Source: a virus
Lineage: Duplodnaviria > Caudoviricetes
Virus record (IMG/VR): IMGVR_UViG_3300033232_000032
Location: 1 to 30,505 of that record
Direction: 5' to 3' (one strand)
DNA length: 30,505 nt
Made by a program: the position numbers and the translations under genes. The number at the start of each line of letters is the position of its first letter. Within the stretch, counting starts at the first letter, position 1. Positions 14,052 through 23,264 of this stretch are shown here, one piece after another. A model generated the notes under the pieces. It did not search any database and was not told where the DNA came from. It saw only the letters and a program-made list of their open reading frames with translations.

Positions 14052-16409
14052 TTAACCCAGCATTAGAAAGTCAAAAATCCATTTGTTACCTTCAAAATAT
14101 GCCACGTTTTTTTGAAACGCCGTGAGATTTGCTGTCGATGCAATAAAATTTGCATTACTTTCAAAGACGGAAAGGATATTTGCTCCTGTCATTTTCTGCA
14201 TCCCAGCCCATGTTGGTGTAGGTGATTGTTGCGCGTATATTTCAAGCTGGTTAAGTAGACTGAACGGGCCTACATTTTTGCCCTCGGTGAAGAGAACATG
14301 GTTAATTGCTACCACCCTTCTAGTGCCTTGATAAAGGGCAAGTCGAGCGTCTGGCAAATAAAAATGATCTTCTGAAACTGCCCCAGTAATAAAAACTTCG
14401 TAAGCGGAGTCATCTAATCCTTTTATTTTTATCTCTGAAGTTTTGCTAACCGTTCGGTATCCATCCCCATTTGCTCCATTTACTAATGTAAACCCTCTGT
14501 CTATTGCCTGTTGGGCTGAAACGCCAACCCCGCCAAACGGTGTATAGGTATATTCGTTTTCAGTTGAATACGATTCAACAATAACATTAAACGCTCTAGT
14601 CTCCCCGTTTAGATTTAGCTCTCCATACATGCAGGGGGTTTTTGAACTCGCTGTTTTTTGCTTCACGCTCCCCCCCGCGTAAAGTGTCTGAGACGACGCC
14701 TGCAAAATCTGCCCGCGTTCCCTTGTGATTATAATGTCGTATTTATTAAAAAACGGTTCATCGCCAAACCCTTGAATTAAATAGGTATCCGACGATGGGA
14801 GCCCTTCGGCGCAATGTGACCCTAGACCTCCGCCGTGTGTGTACGGCTGGTTATTTACATTGTCACCACCTGGAAAAACAAAAGACCATGACTCAGACCA
14901 CCGTACTCCCTCAAATCGCCCTAAATATCTTGGGGCAACAGAATCAAAATTGTCTGCATATCGTCTAAAAATATTCCCCAGGTTCGTGTCGTACCCGTAA
15001 GATAATAAAACGGATTCATTCTCTGGCCCGAGGATAGAGTTTAGATTAGTTGACTCTATCTCAGATGCAAACGATGATAAATCATAGATGGTATAATCAA
15101 AATCTGTATACCATGCCGCTATAGCTGATGCTGAATTAAGATAAGCATTGAATTCATTATTATACCACTGCCACGCGTCCAAGTCTCGCCGGTTGATTGC
15201 CGTATTCCATAAATTCCCGATAAGCGAATATATTTTTTTAAAATCACCCGTGTCATATAGACCGGAACCTATATCAATTTGTTCCAGCCCAACTTCTGAA
15301 ACGATTGGGATGCTCACGCATTCCGTTTTTACCTCATATTCTGTTGTTGGCTGGTTTATTTCAGTTCCGTTTTCGCGATAAAGGCGAAAAAGCTCATCTT
15401 TCGCCAAATCCCAATATACCCTTAAATTTGTTTTATAAAACGTCTTAGAAACGCTGTCATACCGGAGATAGGTATCCCCATCCACATGCGTTCTATTCCA
15501 CACGTCCCCCGCCGTTTTACATTCAATCACAACAATAAACCCGGCAGAGCATGCCCTTGGATTTGACTCGAATCCAATAACAATAGGGGTATTCCAATCG
15601 CGGGAAAACATAACAACAACCCTGTCGCCAACCTCAAAGGCGGCACCGTTGCACTCCATATATGTGACAACAGCCTCGACTGATGTTGTTTCGTTTATCG
15701 GTAAATCCTGTGCAGATGATTCCACGTCATCGAGTGCAACGGTGCAGGCGTCCCCGTCAATTTCAGTGATCTCTCCAAGCCTGTAAAACGGTCGCCACCT
15801 CTGCACCCCCGGCAACAGTGCGCGGTTAAAAAACGCCTCCGCCGGGCCGAGCATTGCCGGTGATTTAAGCTGCCCGTCAAGCGTTGCGTCAAAGGTTGCA
15901 TCCGTGTAGCCGGGCCGGATAATAACAGGCACGTCAATACTTTCATCTGGCGGCTCAATTGTCCCAACGTCCCCGGTTAAATCCTCGGTCAGGTCTGCGC
16001 ACCACGCCTGTATCTCTGGGTCGGTTTCCGGCACGTTCTCGTTGATGTAATCAAGCCGAGTTTGTTTCGATGCTTTTTCCATTTTGAGCTGTGCGAGCTG
16101 TGCGCGGAGTTGATTAACAGTTCCCTCTGCTATTCGTTGTTCAGTCTGTGCTTTTTTGACCGCCTCTTTTGTTGATTGATCCTCTGGATCAGTCGCTTCG
16201 ATTTTCGTGATTAGGTTAAAGTTGGCTTCGTTAAACGCGACCAGAGCAGTAGTGATAGCCGCGTTTACAGCGGGGATTTCTGTTGCGTCGATTTCTGCAA
16301 TCCTTGCAATAATCCGCGCTTTTTCGGCGTCGATGGTGGCGCGATTGTATTTGAGTTTGACAGTGTATAGCCCGTCTCCGTCATGGCTGACAATCTCGCC
16401 CCGGCCCAT
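14052..16409 (-). CDS. Large tail tip/baseplate-associated protein (785 aa)
   Basis: N-terminal coiled coil, OB-like AFEVGDRVVV motif, aromatic-rich C-terminal half; position in the tail module. Confidence 0.65.
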   Translation of the reverse strand: MGRGEIVSHDGDGLYTVKLKYNRATIDAEKARIIARIAEIDATEIPAVNAAITTALVAFNEANFNLITKIEATDPEDQSTKEAVKKAQTEQRIAEGTVNQLRAQLAQLKMEKASKQTRLDYINENVPETDPEIQAWCADLTEDLTGDVGTIEPPDESIDVPVIIRPGYTDATFDATLDGQLKSPAMLGPAEAFFNRALLPGVQRWRPFYRLGEITEIDGDACTVALDDVESSAQDLPINETTSVEAVVTYMECNGAAFEVGDRVVVMFSRDWNTPIVIGFESNPRACSAGFIVVIECKTAGDVWNRTHVDGDTYLRYDSVSKTFYKTNLRVYWDLAKDELFRLYRENGTEINQPTTEYEVKTECVSIPIVSEVGLEQIDIGSGLYDTGDFKKIYSLIGNLWNTAINRRDLDAWQWYNNEFNAYLNSASAIAAWYTDFDYTIYDLSSFASEIESTNLNSILGPENESVLLSYGYDTNLGNIFRRYADNFDSVAPRYLGRFEGVRWSESWSFVFPGGDNVNNQPYTHGGGLGSHCAEGLPSSDTYLIQGFGDEPFFNKYDIIITRERGQILQASSQTLYAGGSVKQKTASSKTPCMYGELNLNGETRAFNVIVESYSTENEYTYTPFGGVGVSAQQAIDRGFTLVNGANGDGYRTVSKTSEIKIKGLDDSAYEVFITGAVSEDHFYLPDARLALYQGTRRVVAINHVLFTEGKNVGPFSLLNQLEIYAQQSPTPTWAGMQKMTGANILSVFESNANFIASTANLTAFQKNVAYFEGNKWIFDFLMLG

Positions 16410-17317
16410 TATTCCTGTACCTCCATTTGTTCCTGCTCCGTGCCGATGATGTAAGTGATCGACCGCGCGCGATAGGTGCCAAGTGACGTCACCGCATAAT
16501 CTCCCGGAAGCAAAAATGTATCAACATTCGCCCGTATTCTTCTTTTTCCGTTCGTAACGCTTTGATACCGCTCCCCAGTCAAGGTTCTAATTTTTGGGGC
16601 ACCAGCCGCAATCACTTGGTACCCCGTCAGACTGACGCTGGCGGAGTTGGCGCCTATGTCGTATCTAACCTCTGTCATAACCGACAGCGCGATACGGTTC
16701 AGGAGTTCGGAGCCGTCTGGGAGCCGATACCCCTTATAAATTTTGATCGTGCCCCCATTTCGAGCGGCAATCTCTGCGGCGTAGGTTTCAGGGTCTGGAA
16801 TGACTGCCGAGACGTAGGACGCGGCGCCGGTGTTCATGGTCGCCTGAAAACTCTTCATCGGCAGGTTCAGGTCGGGATTGCCGCTGAGAGTCATGGTATA
16901 AATCCGCTGCGAGCCTGCGGGGAGATTCCCCTGCTCAAAATCGTGAAACGCTTCAGCCGCGCCAACAGGCGGGTCAAGGGTCGCGGTGATTGTGACGCCG
17001 ATTTTGTGCAGAGCTTCGGCGGCTCCAACGGGCGGGTCGAGCGTTGCGGTGATTGTTGCCTGTGGGACAAGAACGGCAACAACCGCTCCAACGGGCGGGT
17101 CGAGGGTCGCAGAGATTTCTGCTTGTAAAATAAATGCAGAAAGAACCGCACCAACAGGCAGGTCGAGGATTGCGGTGATTGTTGCCTGTGGGACAAAAAC
17201 CGCAACAACCGCTCCAACGGGTGAGTCGAGTGTTGCGGTGATTGTTGCTTTTGGTGCCGGTGCCTCCCCAGACCCGCTAAATGATATTGATGCAAACGTT
17301 TCCGCTCCGAACGTCAC
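16409..17317 (-). CDS. Tail/baseplate hub-like protein with five 21-aa repeats
   Basis: ATITATLDPPVGA repeats; tail module context. Confidence 0.6.
   Translation of the reverse strand: MTFGAETFASISFSGSGEAPAPKATITATLDSPVGAVVAVFVPQATITAILDLPVGAVLSAFILQAEISATLDPPVGAVVAVLVPQATITATLDPPVGAAEALHKIGVTITATLDPPVGAAEAFHDFEQGNLPAGSQRIYTMTLSGNPDLNLPMKSFQATMNTGAASYVSAVIPDPETYAAEIAARNGGTIKIYKGYRLPDGSELLNRIALSVMTEVRYDIGANSASVSLTGYQVIAAGAPKIRTLTGERYQSVTNGKRRIRANVDTFLLPGDYAVTSLGTYRARSITYIIGTEQEQMEVQE
16934..17248 (-). repeat. Five degenerate 63-bp coding tandem repeats
   Basis: Encodes (A/V)TITATLDPPVGAxxxxxxxx five times. Confidence 0.85.
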
Positions 17318-18042
17318 GCGATAACCTCAATATTAAACCATGTGCCACCAACGGTGACATTAAGCGCGGCGCCACTGGTCTGCCTGACAACCAACTCAAA
17401 ATAATCGCCGGGGGAGACAGAAACTATACCAGAAATTAAACCAAATGTAATATTCAAATCTGAATTACTTGGTGGCCCCGACACTGCCATATGCAAAGCG
17501 GTATACCCCCCGTTTTTTCTTGTTTGTACAGATCTTAGCCCCGCGTTATTTGCTGCAAAAGTTACACCCCCCGTCAGCCGAACGTTACTTACCCAGTCAG
17601 GCACAGTTAATCGTGAATTATTTGTCACTAAATCATGGAAACCATCACTGTCTGACGTCTCGCTGTTAAATTCTAATGCTGTGAGGGTAAAGTCTGGGAT
17701 TGATTGATCTGCACTATTATAAACAATCGCTCCCCTATACCCGGCCATGTGCCCGATAAAACCGACGCTGACGGTATGAGTTCCAGCGGGGAGGGTGATT
17801 GCGGCACCGCTGTTGCTGCTGGATTTAATGAAACTCCGGGCAAGGGTAGTTCCGGTTGCAGTAAAAAGGCCGTAGCCAGTTTCCCACCCGCCGTCACTGG
17901 CTTCGATGATATACGGCACATAAGCACCGTCGGTCACGACTCCTGACATGGCGCGATAACCAGAGACTGCCCCGGCGAGGGTAATTGTCCCGGTGCCGGT
18001 CGTGGTCGTGGTCTCTTTTACTCTGTCTGGATATTCTGCCAT
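17314..18042 (-). CDS. Virion structural protein with C1q/TNF-like C-terminal domain
   Basis: DRVKETTTTTGTGTITLAGA N-terminus; NSRLTVP...VSPGDYFELVVRQTSG. Confidence 0.65.
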   Translation of the reverse strand: MAEYPDRVKETTTTTGTGTITLAGAVSGYRAMSGVVTDGAYVPYIIEASDGGWETGYGLFTATGTTLARSFIKSSSNSGAAITLPAGTHTVSVGFIGHMAGYRGAIVYNSADQSIPDFTLTALEFNSETSDSDGFHDLVTNNSRLTVPDWVSNVRLTGGVTFAANNAGLRSVQTRKNGGYTALHMAVSGPPSNSDLNITFGLISGIVSVSPGDYFELVVRQTSGAALNVTVGGTWFNIEVIA

Positions 18043-18045
18043 GGC

Positions 18046-18462
18046 TCAGCTCGTCCCCGGTTCGGTGATCGTTGCGGACAGAATCGAAATTGGCCCGCCG
18101 GTCAGAACTGACAGTGTGTTCATAATAACCGGTTTCCCGCTCCCGCTAATACCGGCGGTCATGTCAATTATGGCGGTGTCAGCCGAGTCAGTAAATCGCA
18201 CGAAGCCAACAGTCCCGTCAGCGTCGGCAGCAGAATCGTCGGTGATTGCAGAGAATGTCAACACGCGCCCCGTCACGGTCCCGGCTGGGTCGGAGCAGGT
18301 GCATGTGCCGAGCAGGTTTTGCGTTGTGATCGCTCCGGCGTCGGTGGGCGGGATGCCGGTGTAAAATTTTGCCTTTGCCGCTCCGGTTCCTGCGTCGAGT
18401 GCGGTTAAAAATGCGGTAACTCTGGTTGTTGCGATTGCGGTTGGGTACGTGATATCTGCCAT
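18046..18462 (-). CDS. Tail structural protein
   Basis: KFYTG.PP...ADADGT..FVRFTDS pattern; AAGGAG RBS. Confidence 0.65.
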   Translation of the reverse strand: MADITYPTAIATTRVTAFLTALDAGTGAAKAKFYTGIPPTDAGAITTQNLLGTCTCSDPAGTVTGRVLTFSAITDDSAADADGTVGFVRFTDSADTAIIDMTAGISGSGKPVIMNTLSVLTGGPISILSATITEPGTS

Positions 18463-18474
18463 TTTTTTTACTCC

Positions 18475-18819
18475 TTATGTGTCGGACGCGATAACAAGCA
18501 GCGTCATTGATTTGCCTGATTCCGATATTCTTTGCGGTGTGACGTGAAAAACGCCCTCACTTGTTGCAGCGACCAGCTCCCCATAATCGCGCACCATTTC
18601 AGCAACCCGGTCGAATTGCTCTTTAGTGAGTTTTTGCAGGTCGATTGTAAACGTCCTGTCTGCCGGGGAATAACCATTGTCTACCACAACGGCGCCACCG
18701 TCAAGTGTTGCGCTACGCTGAATTCGCCGCGTGAATGTTCGCAGATCGCTACCCGGCCCCAGCGGGATTGTCACGCCTCCGTCAACATCAAAAACCGTGG
18801 GGGAAAGTGTCACTGTCAT
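18475..18819 (-). CDS. Distal tail (Dit-like) protein
   Basis: RR..RSATLDGG; immediately after the tape measure gene. Confidence 0.6.
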   Translation of the reverse strand: MTVTLSPTVFDVDGGVTIPLGPGSDLRTFTRRIQRSATLDGGAVVVDNGYSPADRTFTIDLQKLTKEQFDRVAEMVRDYGELVAATSEGVFHVTPQRISESGKSMTLLVIASDT

Positions 18820-20496
18820 TTAACCCTCCGTCAATCCAAGCAAAACATCCCCACCCTCGGACGCAACGCGGATTTGAATTGCCGATAAAATTTCAAACAT
18901 AAACGCCTCCAGATGCGGCTGCAAACCTGCGCCGTCTATTTTTACCATCGCGTCGCCATTTTCGAGCGCCTTACGGCGGGCGTTCGCTGCATCGATAACC
19001 GCTTTGGTTTCTTCTTTTTGCAGCTCGAATGTGTCTTGACGCAATTTATTTTCAATTTCCAGTTGTTTTTTGAAAACGTCGAATTTCTGGAGGTCAAACA
19101 GTGACCCCCCGGACAACCCCGCCATTGCCGAAATGGTGTTGTTGATAACGTCGGCGGTCGATTGAATAGAGGTATTGATTGACTCAAACGCCGCTTCAAC
19201 CCGCTTTGTGTTTTCTTCGACCTCAGCGATTTTAAAATCAACAGTCAGCTCCATCGCTTTTATGCGTTCTGCGCTGGCAAGTTTCGCTATTTCGAGCTTG
19301 AGGGATTCAGCCGCTTGCCTGCTTTTTTCGAGGGCCTGGGCTTGTTTCTCGGATTCTTTGTTTGCCGCTTCTTTTTCTTTTGTTGCCTCGTGTTCGATTT
19401 TTGCCGCGTCGAATAATTCTTGCCCGAAATTCGCGGTTTCTTCGGCCAGGGTATCTGTCACCTCTGCCTGTTTTTCTGTCTCCGCTGTAAGGGGTTTCAT
19501 CGCCCCCTCAAGCGTTGCAATCTTTTCTTTTAACTCTTCGGCTTTTTTCTTTAGACCGTCAACCCCGTATGCCCACTGAAAAGAGGCATTCTCGCCAAAT
19601 GCGGCATTAAGCTGTTCTTCTGTTCTCTGGAGTTCAGAATGTAACCCGGCAAGCTTTTCAGTGTTTGTTTTTATAAATATGCGTCTGAACTCATTTAATG
19701 TGCTTAATGCCGCGCCTATTGTTTCCCCAATCGCTTTCCCCCACTCTTTCAATGTCCCGTCTTTTGCAAGATCAACAATCGCGGCGGCGGCTTCTCTCAT
19801 CGCTGGCAAAAGTTCGAGGGTGAGGATGACTCCAACCCCTTTAAATGCAATCCCAACTCTGGAGATGTCGTCGTTCAGCCCCTCAATATCAGAGGCCTGA
19901 GTTGATGACAACGAAAATCCAAAATCTTTCGCCTCCTTTGTCGCGTCCCGTATCGCGTCCCCGGTCAGGTTAAACGCTTTTGCTCCACCGCGCCCCAGCA
20001 AGTCCATGGCCGCTTGCGTTTTAACGGCCTGGTCATCCATTCCGTTCAGAGCGTCAACAATTGCGGCCAGTGCTTCTTCTGGTTTGGCTTTTTTCAGTGT
20101 GTCAGCTGACAACCCTATGCTTTTAAGTGCGTCCGATTGTGCTTTTGCCCCGTTGGCTGCTTCGGCGATATTGCGGTTCATAGTCAGGACGATTTTATCC
20201 ATTGCCGCAACATCGATGCCTGCATAACCGGCTGCGGTGCGGAGTCCCTGCAATGCGTCAGTTGTTACTCCCAACGTGCGGGAAGTTTTTACGAGGTCAT
20301 CCCCCCATGACAGGGTTTTGACGACCGCCGTTGTTATCGATGCAGCTGCGGCAACGGCGGCAGTACCGACGGCCACCATCCCCGCTTTGGCAATTTTCGC
20401 GAACCCGCCGAATTTCTCACCGACCCCGGAGAGGATGGATGAGGCTTTGTCTTTGGCGGTGATGAGCAGTTCGATTGTTTTTGATTTATCAGCCAT
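18820..20496 (-). CDS. Tail tape measure protein (558 aa)
   Basis: IELLITAKDKAS N-terminus, Ala-rich helical, AAMDLLGRGG; follows the chaperone. Confidence 0.9.
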   Translation of the reverse strand: MADKSKTIELLITAKDKASSILSGVGEKFGGFAKIAKAGMVAVGTAAVAAAASITTAVVKTLSWGDDLVKTSRTLGVTTDALQGLRTAAGYAGIDVAAMDKIVLTMNRNIAEAANGAKAQSDALKSIGLSADTLKKAKPEEALAAIVDALNGMDDQAVKTQAAMDLLGRGGAKAFNLTGDAIRDATKEAKDFGFSLSSTQASDIEGLNDDISRVGIAFKGVGVILTLELLPAMREAAAAIVDLAKDGTLKEWGKAIGETIGAALSTLNEFRRIFIKTNTEKLAGLHSELQRTEEQLNAAFGENASFQWAYGVDGLKKKAEELKEKIATLEGAMKPLTAETEKQAEVTDTLAEETANFGQELFDAAKIEHEATKEKEAANKESEKQAQALEKSRQAAESLKLEIAKLASAERIKAMELTVDFKIAEVEENTKRVEAAFESINTSIQSTADVINNTISAMAGLSGGSLFDLQKFDVFKKQLEIENKLRQDTFELQKEETKAVIDAANARRKALENGDAMVKIDGAGLQPHLEAFMFEILSAIQIRVASEGGDVLLGLTEG

Positions 20497-20671
20497 GCGT
20501 TGGCCTTTTATTTAGGTCTGTGAGGAATAGCCCCCATAGCTCAATCTCGGTCGGTGTCAAAAACGGCGGGAAAATATCTGGCCGCATTTGATGTAGCGAC
20601 CAGTGATGGATATGGCAGAGGCTCAGGGTTTCCCGCATTCGTCTGTCTGCCCAGAGCCGCTGTGCTTTCCC
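20489..20671 (-). CDS. gpT-like frameshift extension of the tail assembly chaperone
   Basis: -1 frame from G GGA AAG is open for 60 codons (..LHQMRPDIFPPFLTPTEIELWGLF..) and ends overlapping the tape measure ATG. Confidence 0.75.
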   Translation of the reverse strand, partial: GKAQRLWADRRMRETLSLCHIHHWSLHQMRPDIFPPFLTPTEIELWGLFLTDLNKRPTHG

Positions 20672-21084
20672 GGCACATAACCAGCCCCGGTCAAGCCAAT
20701 AATTTTGTCCGTCAAAATTCTGACGGTTGCAGGGAAAAGCAGCGCGATTTTCGCCATTGTCGGGCGGTCGAGATTTTCAGGCGATACCGTTCCGAGTATC
20801 AGCATTTCGAGCCTGCGCGTGTGTTCCTCTGGAGCGGTGTCTGTAAGACCGAACATTTCGCGGTATGAATTTTCTTTTGACCCCGGGCCGTAGAAAGCAG
20901 AGATTGCGGCAGCTACCGCCTCATCTCGGTCGGAAGCCTGGTTGACTCTATAGAGTTCCTCGCCGGTCAATCCTTTGACAACCCAAACTGGATCGCCGTC
21001 GAAAAACTCCGCCAGTTCAGGCACAGCAACCGTTTCTTCCCTCGCGATAAATTTCGTTTTGATGAATTTTTTTTGGTCAAACAT
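20623..21084 (-). CDS. Tail assembly chaperone (gpG-like)
   Basis: Between tail tube and tape measure; in-frame slippery GGGAAAG. Confidence 0.8.
   Translation of the reverse strand: MFDQKKFIKTKFIAREETVAVPELAEFFDGDPVWVVKGLTGEELYRVNQASDRDEAVAAAISAFYGPGSKENSYREMFGLTDTAPEEHTRRLEMLILGTVSPENLDRPTMAKIALLFPATVRILTDKIIGLTGAGYVPGKHSGSGQTDECGKP
20665..20671 (-). other. -1 programmed ribosomal frameshift site GGGAAAG
   Basis: Same heptamer and X XXY YYZ phase as lambda G-T. Confidence 0.8.
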
Positions 21085-21092
21085 AACGCCCC

Positions 21093-21122
21093 AAAATAAA
21101 GGGGGGAGCGATCCCCCCTTTT
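21093..21122 (-). terminator. Rho-independent terminator after the major tail gene
   Basis: AAAGGGGGGA-TCGC-TCCCCCCTTT-ATTTT. Confidence 0.75.
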
Positions 21123-21123
21123 G

Positions 21124-22158
21124 TTATGCTGCAAAATTGACAGTTGGTTTACCATCTACCGGGTTGATCGTGACAGACGCGGTCACGTCGGTCTCAACCG
21201 GGTTGGCATTGGTGAGGGTCATCACGCCGTCGGTGAGGCAGTACGGTGATTTATTCGCGTTCTGCATGAATTTCACAAGCAGACGCTCCCCTGACAGCGT
21301 AACGAGTTCGTCGGTGATTCCGTTTTCGAGATAGGCAGTGAATGACCCGGCCCCGATGGATTCAGAACTAGACCCGATAAATTTACTACCGCCAGTTCCA
21401 CCGTAAATCTGTGTTGACCCGGTGGATGCCGTGACGGTCGCCGGGACAAAGTCAACTGTCCGGCTGAGGAGAGAAAGCGTCGGCTCGTAATACGTGAGAT
21501 AAACCCCTTTGGCGATAGTGCCAGTGTGAATCTTCGGCAGGACAGAATCAAATTTGACAAACGCGGTCATCTCGGCCTCTTGCGTAGCCTTGGTTCCGTA
21601 GCCGATGGAATCAACAACAGCGGCAGGATAATCTGCGCGTTCTGTGTGCTGGTTCGGCACCTGATAAATCTCTGCGGCGGTGATAACTGCTGAGGCAGTG
21701 CCGGATGTGCGAATTTGCCCGATTTCTACTGACCCAGCCGGAACCAGCGGAGGGCCACCGGCAGCGGCGCGGGTGTCGCTGAATGCGGATCCCTCTGTCC
21801 CGGCAACAACGGCAACAACTCCGGCGGACGTCATTGTTACAGAGTTCACAATATACCCGGTAGTGACCCCGCGTGTAATAGTTTTGGTAGTTGCTGAAAC
21901 TGCATAGGTTGTCCCGCCAGAGTTCGCACTGAAATTCGCGACGGTCACAGTGTTAGCAGTTTCGTTGACAGAAAGGATGTTGCGCCCGGAAACAATCCCG
22001 TCACAAATAAGGATAGGTTGTTTACCGGCTTTCTGACTAAAAAAGTCCGCATTCGCACTGTTGAATGTTTTGCCGTCACCTGAATCAACAAGTGCCTCGG
22101 CTGTTGCGACTGTCTGACCTGTCTCGATATAAATTGCCGCATGTTTGCTATTTGCCAT
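21124..22158 (-). CDS. Major tail (tube) protein
   Basis: Position, T/A/G-rich, followed by terminator and chaperone; start MANSK after AAGGA. Confidence 0.7.
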   Translation of the reverse strand: MANSKHAAIYIETGQTVATAEALVDSGDGKTFNSANADFFSQKAGKQPILICDGIVSGRNILSVNETANTVTVANFSANSGGTTYAVSATTKTITRGVTTGYIVNSVTMTSAGVVAVVAGTEGSAFSDTRAAAGGPPLVPAGSVEIGQIRTSGTASAVITAAEIYQVPNQHTERADYPAAVVDSIGYGTKATQEAEMTAFVKFDSVLPKIHTGTIAKGVYLTYYEPTLSLLSRTVDFVPATVTASTGSTQIYGGTGGSKFIGSSSESIGAGSFTAYLENGITDELVTLSGERLLVKFMQNANKSPYCLTDGVMTLTNANPVETDVTASVTINPVDGKPTVNFAA

Positions 22159-22294
22159 CGTCGGTGTCCTTTTCTGTTGCGACGGTTGCCAGCTCTGAAT
22201 CAATCAGGCTCTGTCCGGCAGCGGTATCAACGATACTCCCCGCGGCTCTTGGCACCCCGTCAATAATGAGTTTTTTTTTCAGTTTTACTTTCAT
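22148..22294 (-). CDS. Small virion protein (48 aa, MKVKLKKKLIIDGVPRAAGSIVD...)
   Basis: Translated by hand; AAGGAG RBS. Confidence 0.65.
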   Translation of the reverse strand: MKVKLKKKLIIDGVPRAAGSIVDTAAGQSLIDSELATVATEKDTDDGK

Positions 22295-22300
22295 TGTTTT

Positions 22301-22651
22301 TTACTCCTTAACCGTGACCGAGGCGCGAAACGTGACAAGCCCGCGCTCGAGGCTGACAACCTCCCACCCGCCTACGTCAACAGAGCCATTATCTCCCCCG
22401 GCGGTTTGGTCGGCCTCGAATGCGTCGGTAAGCGTTTCGAGGTCATCGAAACAAGAGCCATCTCCGACACTCGGCCCCTCAAAAGTTGCGCCCACCGAAA
22501 ATGTAATCACTCGGCGGCGGTCTCCGTATTCGTATGACACCCCAAAACCTGACGGGATAATCATCACGCCGCGCGCCTGGTCTACTGTGTCGGTATAGAC
22601 CTGATAACCCAGATCGGCAGCGGCCCCTTTTAAATAATCGAGCGGTTTCAT
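22301..22651 (-). CDS. Putative tail terminator/neck protein
   Basis: Size and position; ATGA coupling. Confidence 0.55.
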   Translation of the reverse strand: MKPLDYLKGAAADLGYQVYTDTVDQARGVMIIPSGFGVSYEYGDRRRVITFSVGATFEGPSVGDGSCFDDLETLTDAFEADQTAGGDNGSVDVGGWEVVSLERGLVTFRASVTVKE

Positions 22652-23082
22652 TTTGACAAAAACCTTTGTCCGGTAACGTTTTCTTCACCGGATGAAATGC
22701 TCCCGCTGTCGTCTGCATCAACGTCCAGCTTAGCTGTTTTTAGCAGTTCGTCATAATCAGCACGGTATGCCAGATAAAGGTCCCACCATTGCGACCCAGC
22801 AGCCCCTTGCAGAGCGTAATCCTCGAAAGCGTATGCGACTGCGAGCAACCCGATCATGTGGTGGCACCGATCCTCATTTCTACCGGTTGAATCAGTGTTG
22901 TCGAGATACGCGCCAGAGGTGTAAATCCGACTCCACAAAATGCCGCGCTTGTCGTCAAGGTCTCTTTTGAGTTGACCTAGTGCGCGGGTGGTGTAATCGT
23001 CAAACGTTTTCGGGGGGAGGATGAATTTTTGTAGGTCGCCCCGGATCGCAAGAACTTGCTCGATGGTGGGTTTTTCAGCCAT
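22648..23082 (-). CDS. Putative head-tail adaptor
   Basis: Position after the capsid gene; helical 144 aa. Confidence 0.55.
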   Translation of the reverse strand: MAEKPTIEQVLAIRGDLQKFILPPKTFDDYTTRALGQLKRDLDDKRGILWSRIYTSGAYLDNTDSTGRNEDRCHHMIGLLAVAYAFEDYALQGAAGSQWWDLYLAYRADYDELLKTAKLDVDADDSGSISSGEENVTGQRFLSK

Positions 23083-23216
23083 TACTTAGCCTTCCGTCCT
23101 CTTTTTTTTTGCAGTTCATCCCCGTAAATCTCGGCACCGGCAGGGATAGAATCAGCATTAACGATGATAAACCCCTGGTCATTTTTCGCCTTAATTTTCA
23201 CGGTTTCGCATTTCAT
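23082..23216 (-). CDS. Small capsid-associated protein (44 aa, MKCETVKIKAKNDQGFIIVNAD...)
   Basis: Translated by hand; TAATG coupling to the next gene. Confidence 0.65.
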   Translation of the reverse strand: MKCETVKIKAKNDQGFIIVNADSIPAGAEIYGDELQKKRGRKAK

Positions 23217-23231
23217 TTCTTTACCCTTTTG

Positions 23232-23257
23232 AAATGGGCGGGGAGTTACCCCCGCCC
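23232..23257 (-). terminator. Hairpin/weak terminator after the capsid gene
   Basis: GGGCGGGGG-TAAC-TCCCCGCCC-ATTT. Confidence 0.55.
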
Positions 23258-23264
23258 GATGTTA

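Noticed and set aside
11105-18042. Diversity-generating retroelement or invertible tail-fibre cassette
   Set aside because: No reverse transcriptase, invertase or template/variable repeat pair seen.
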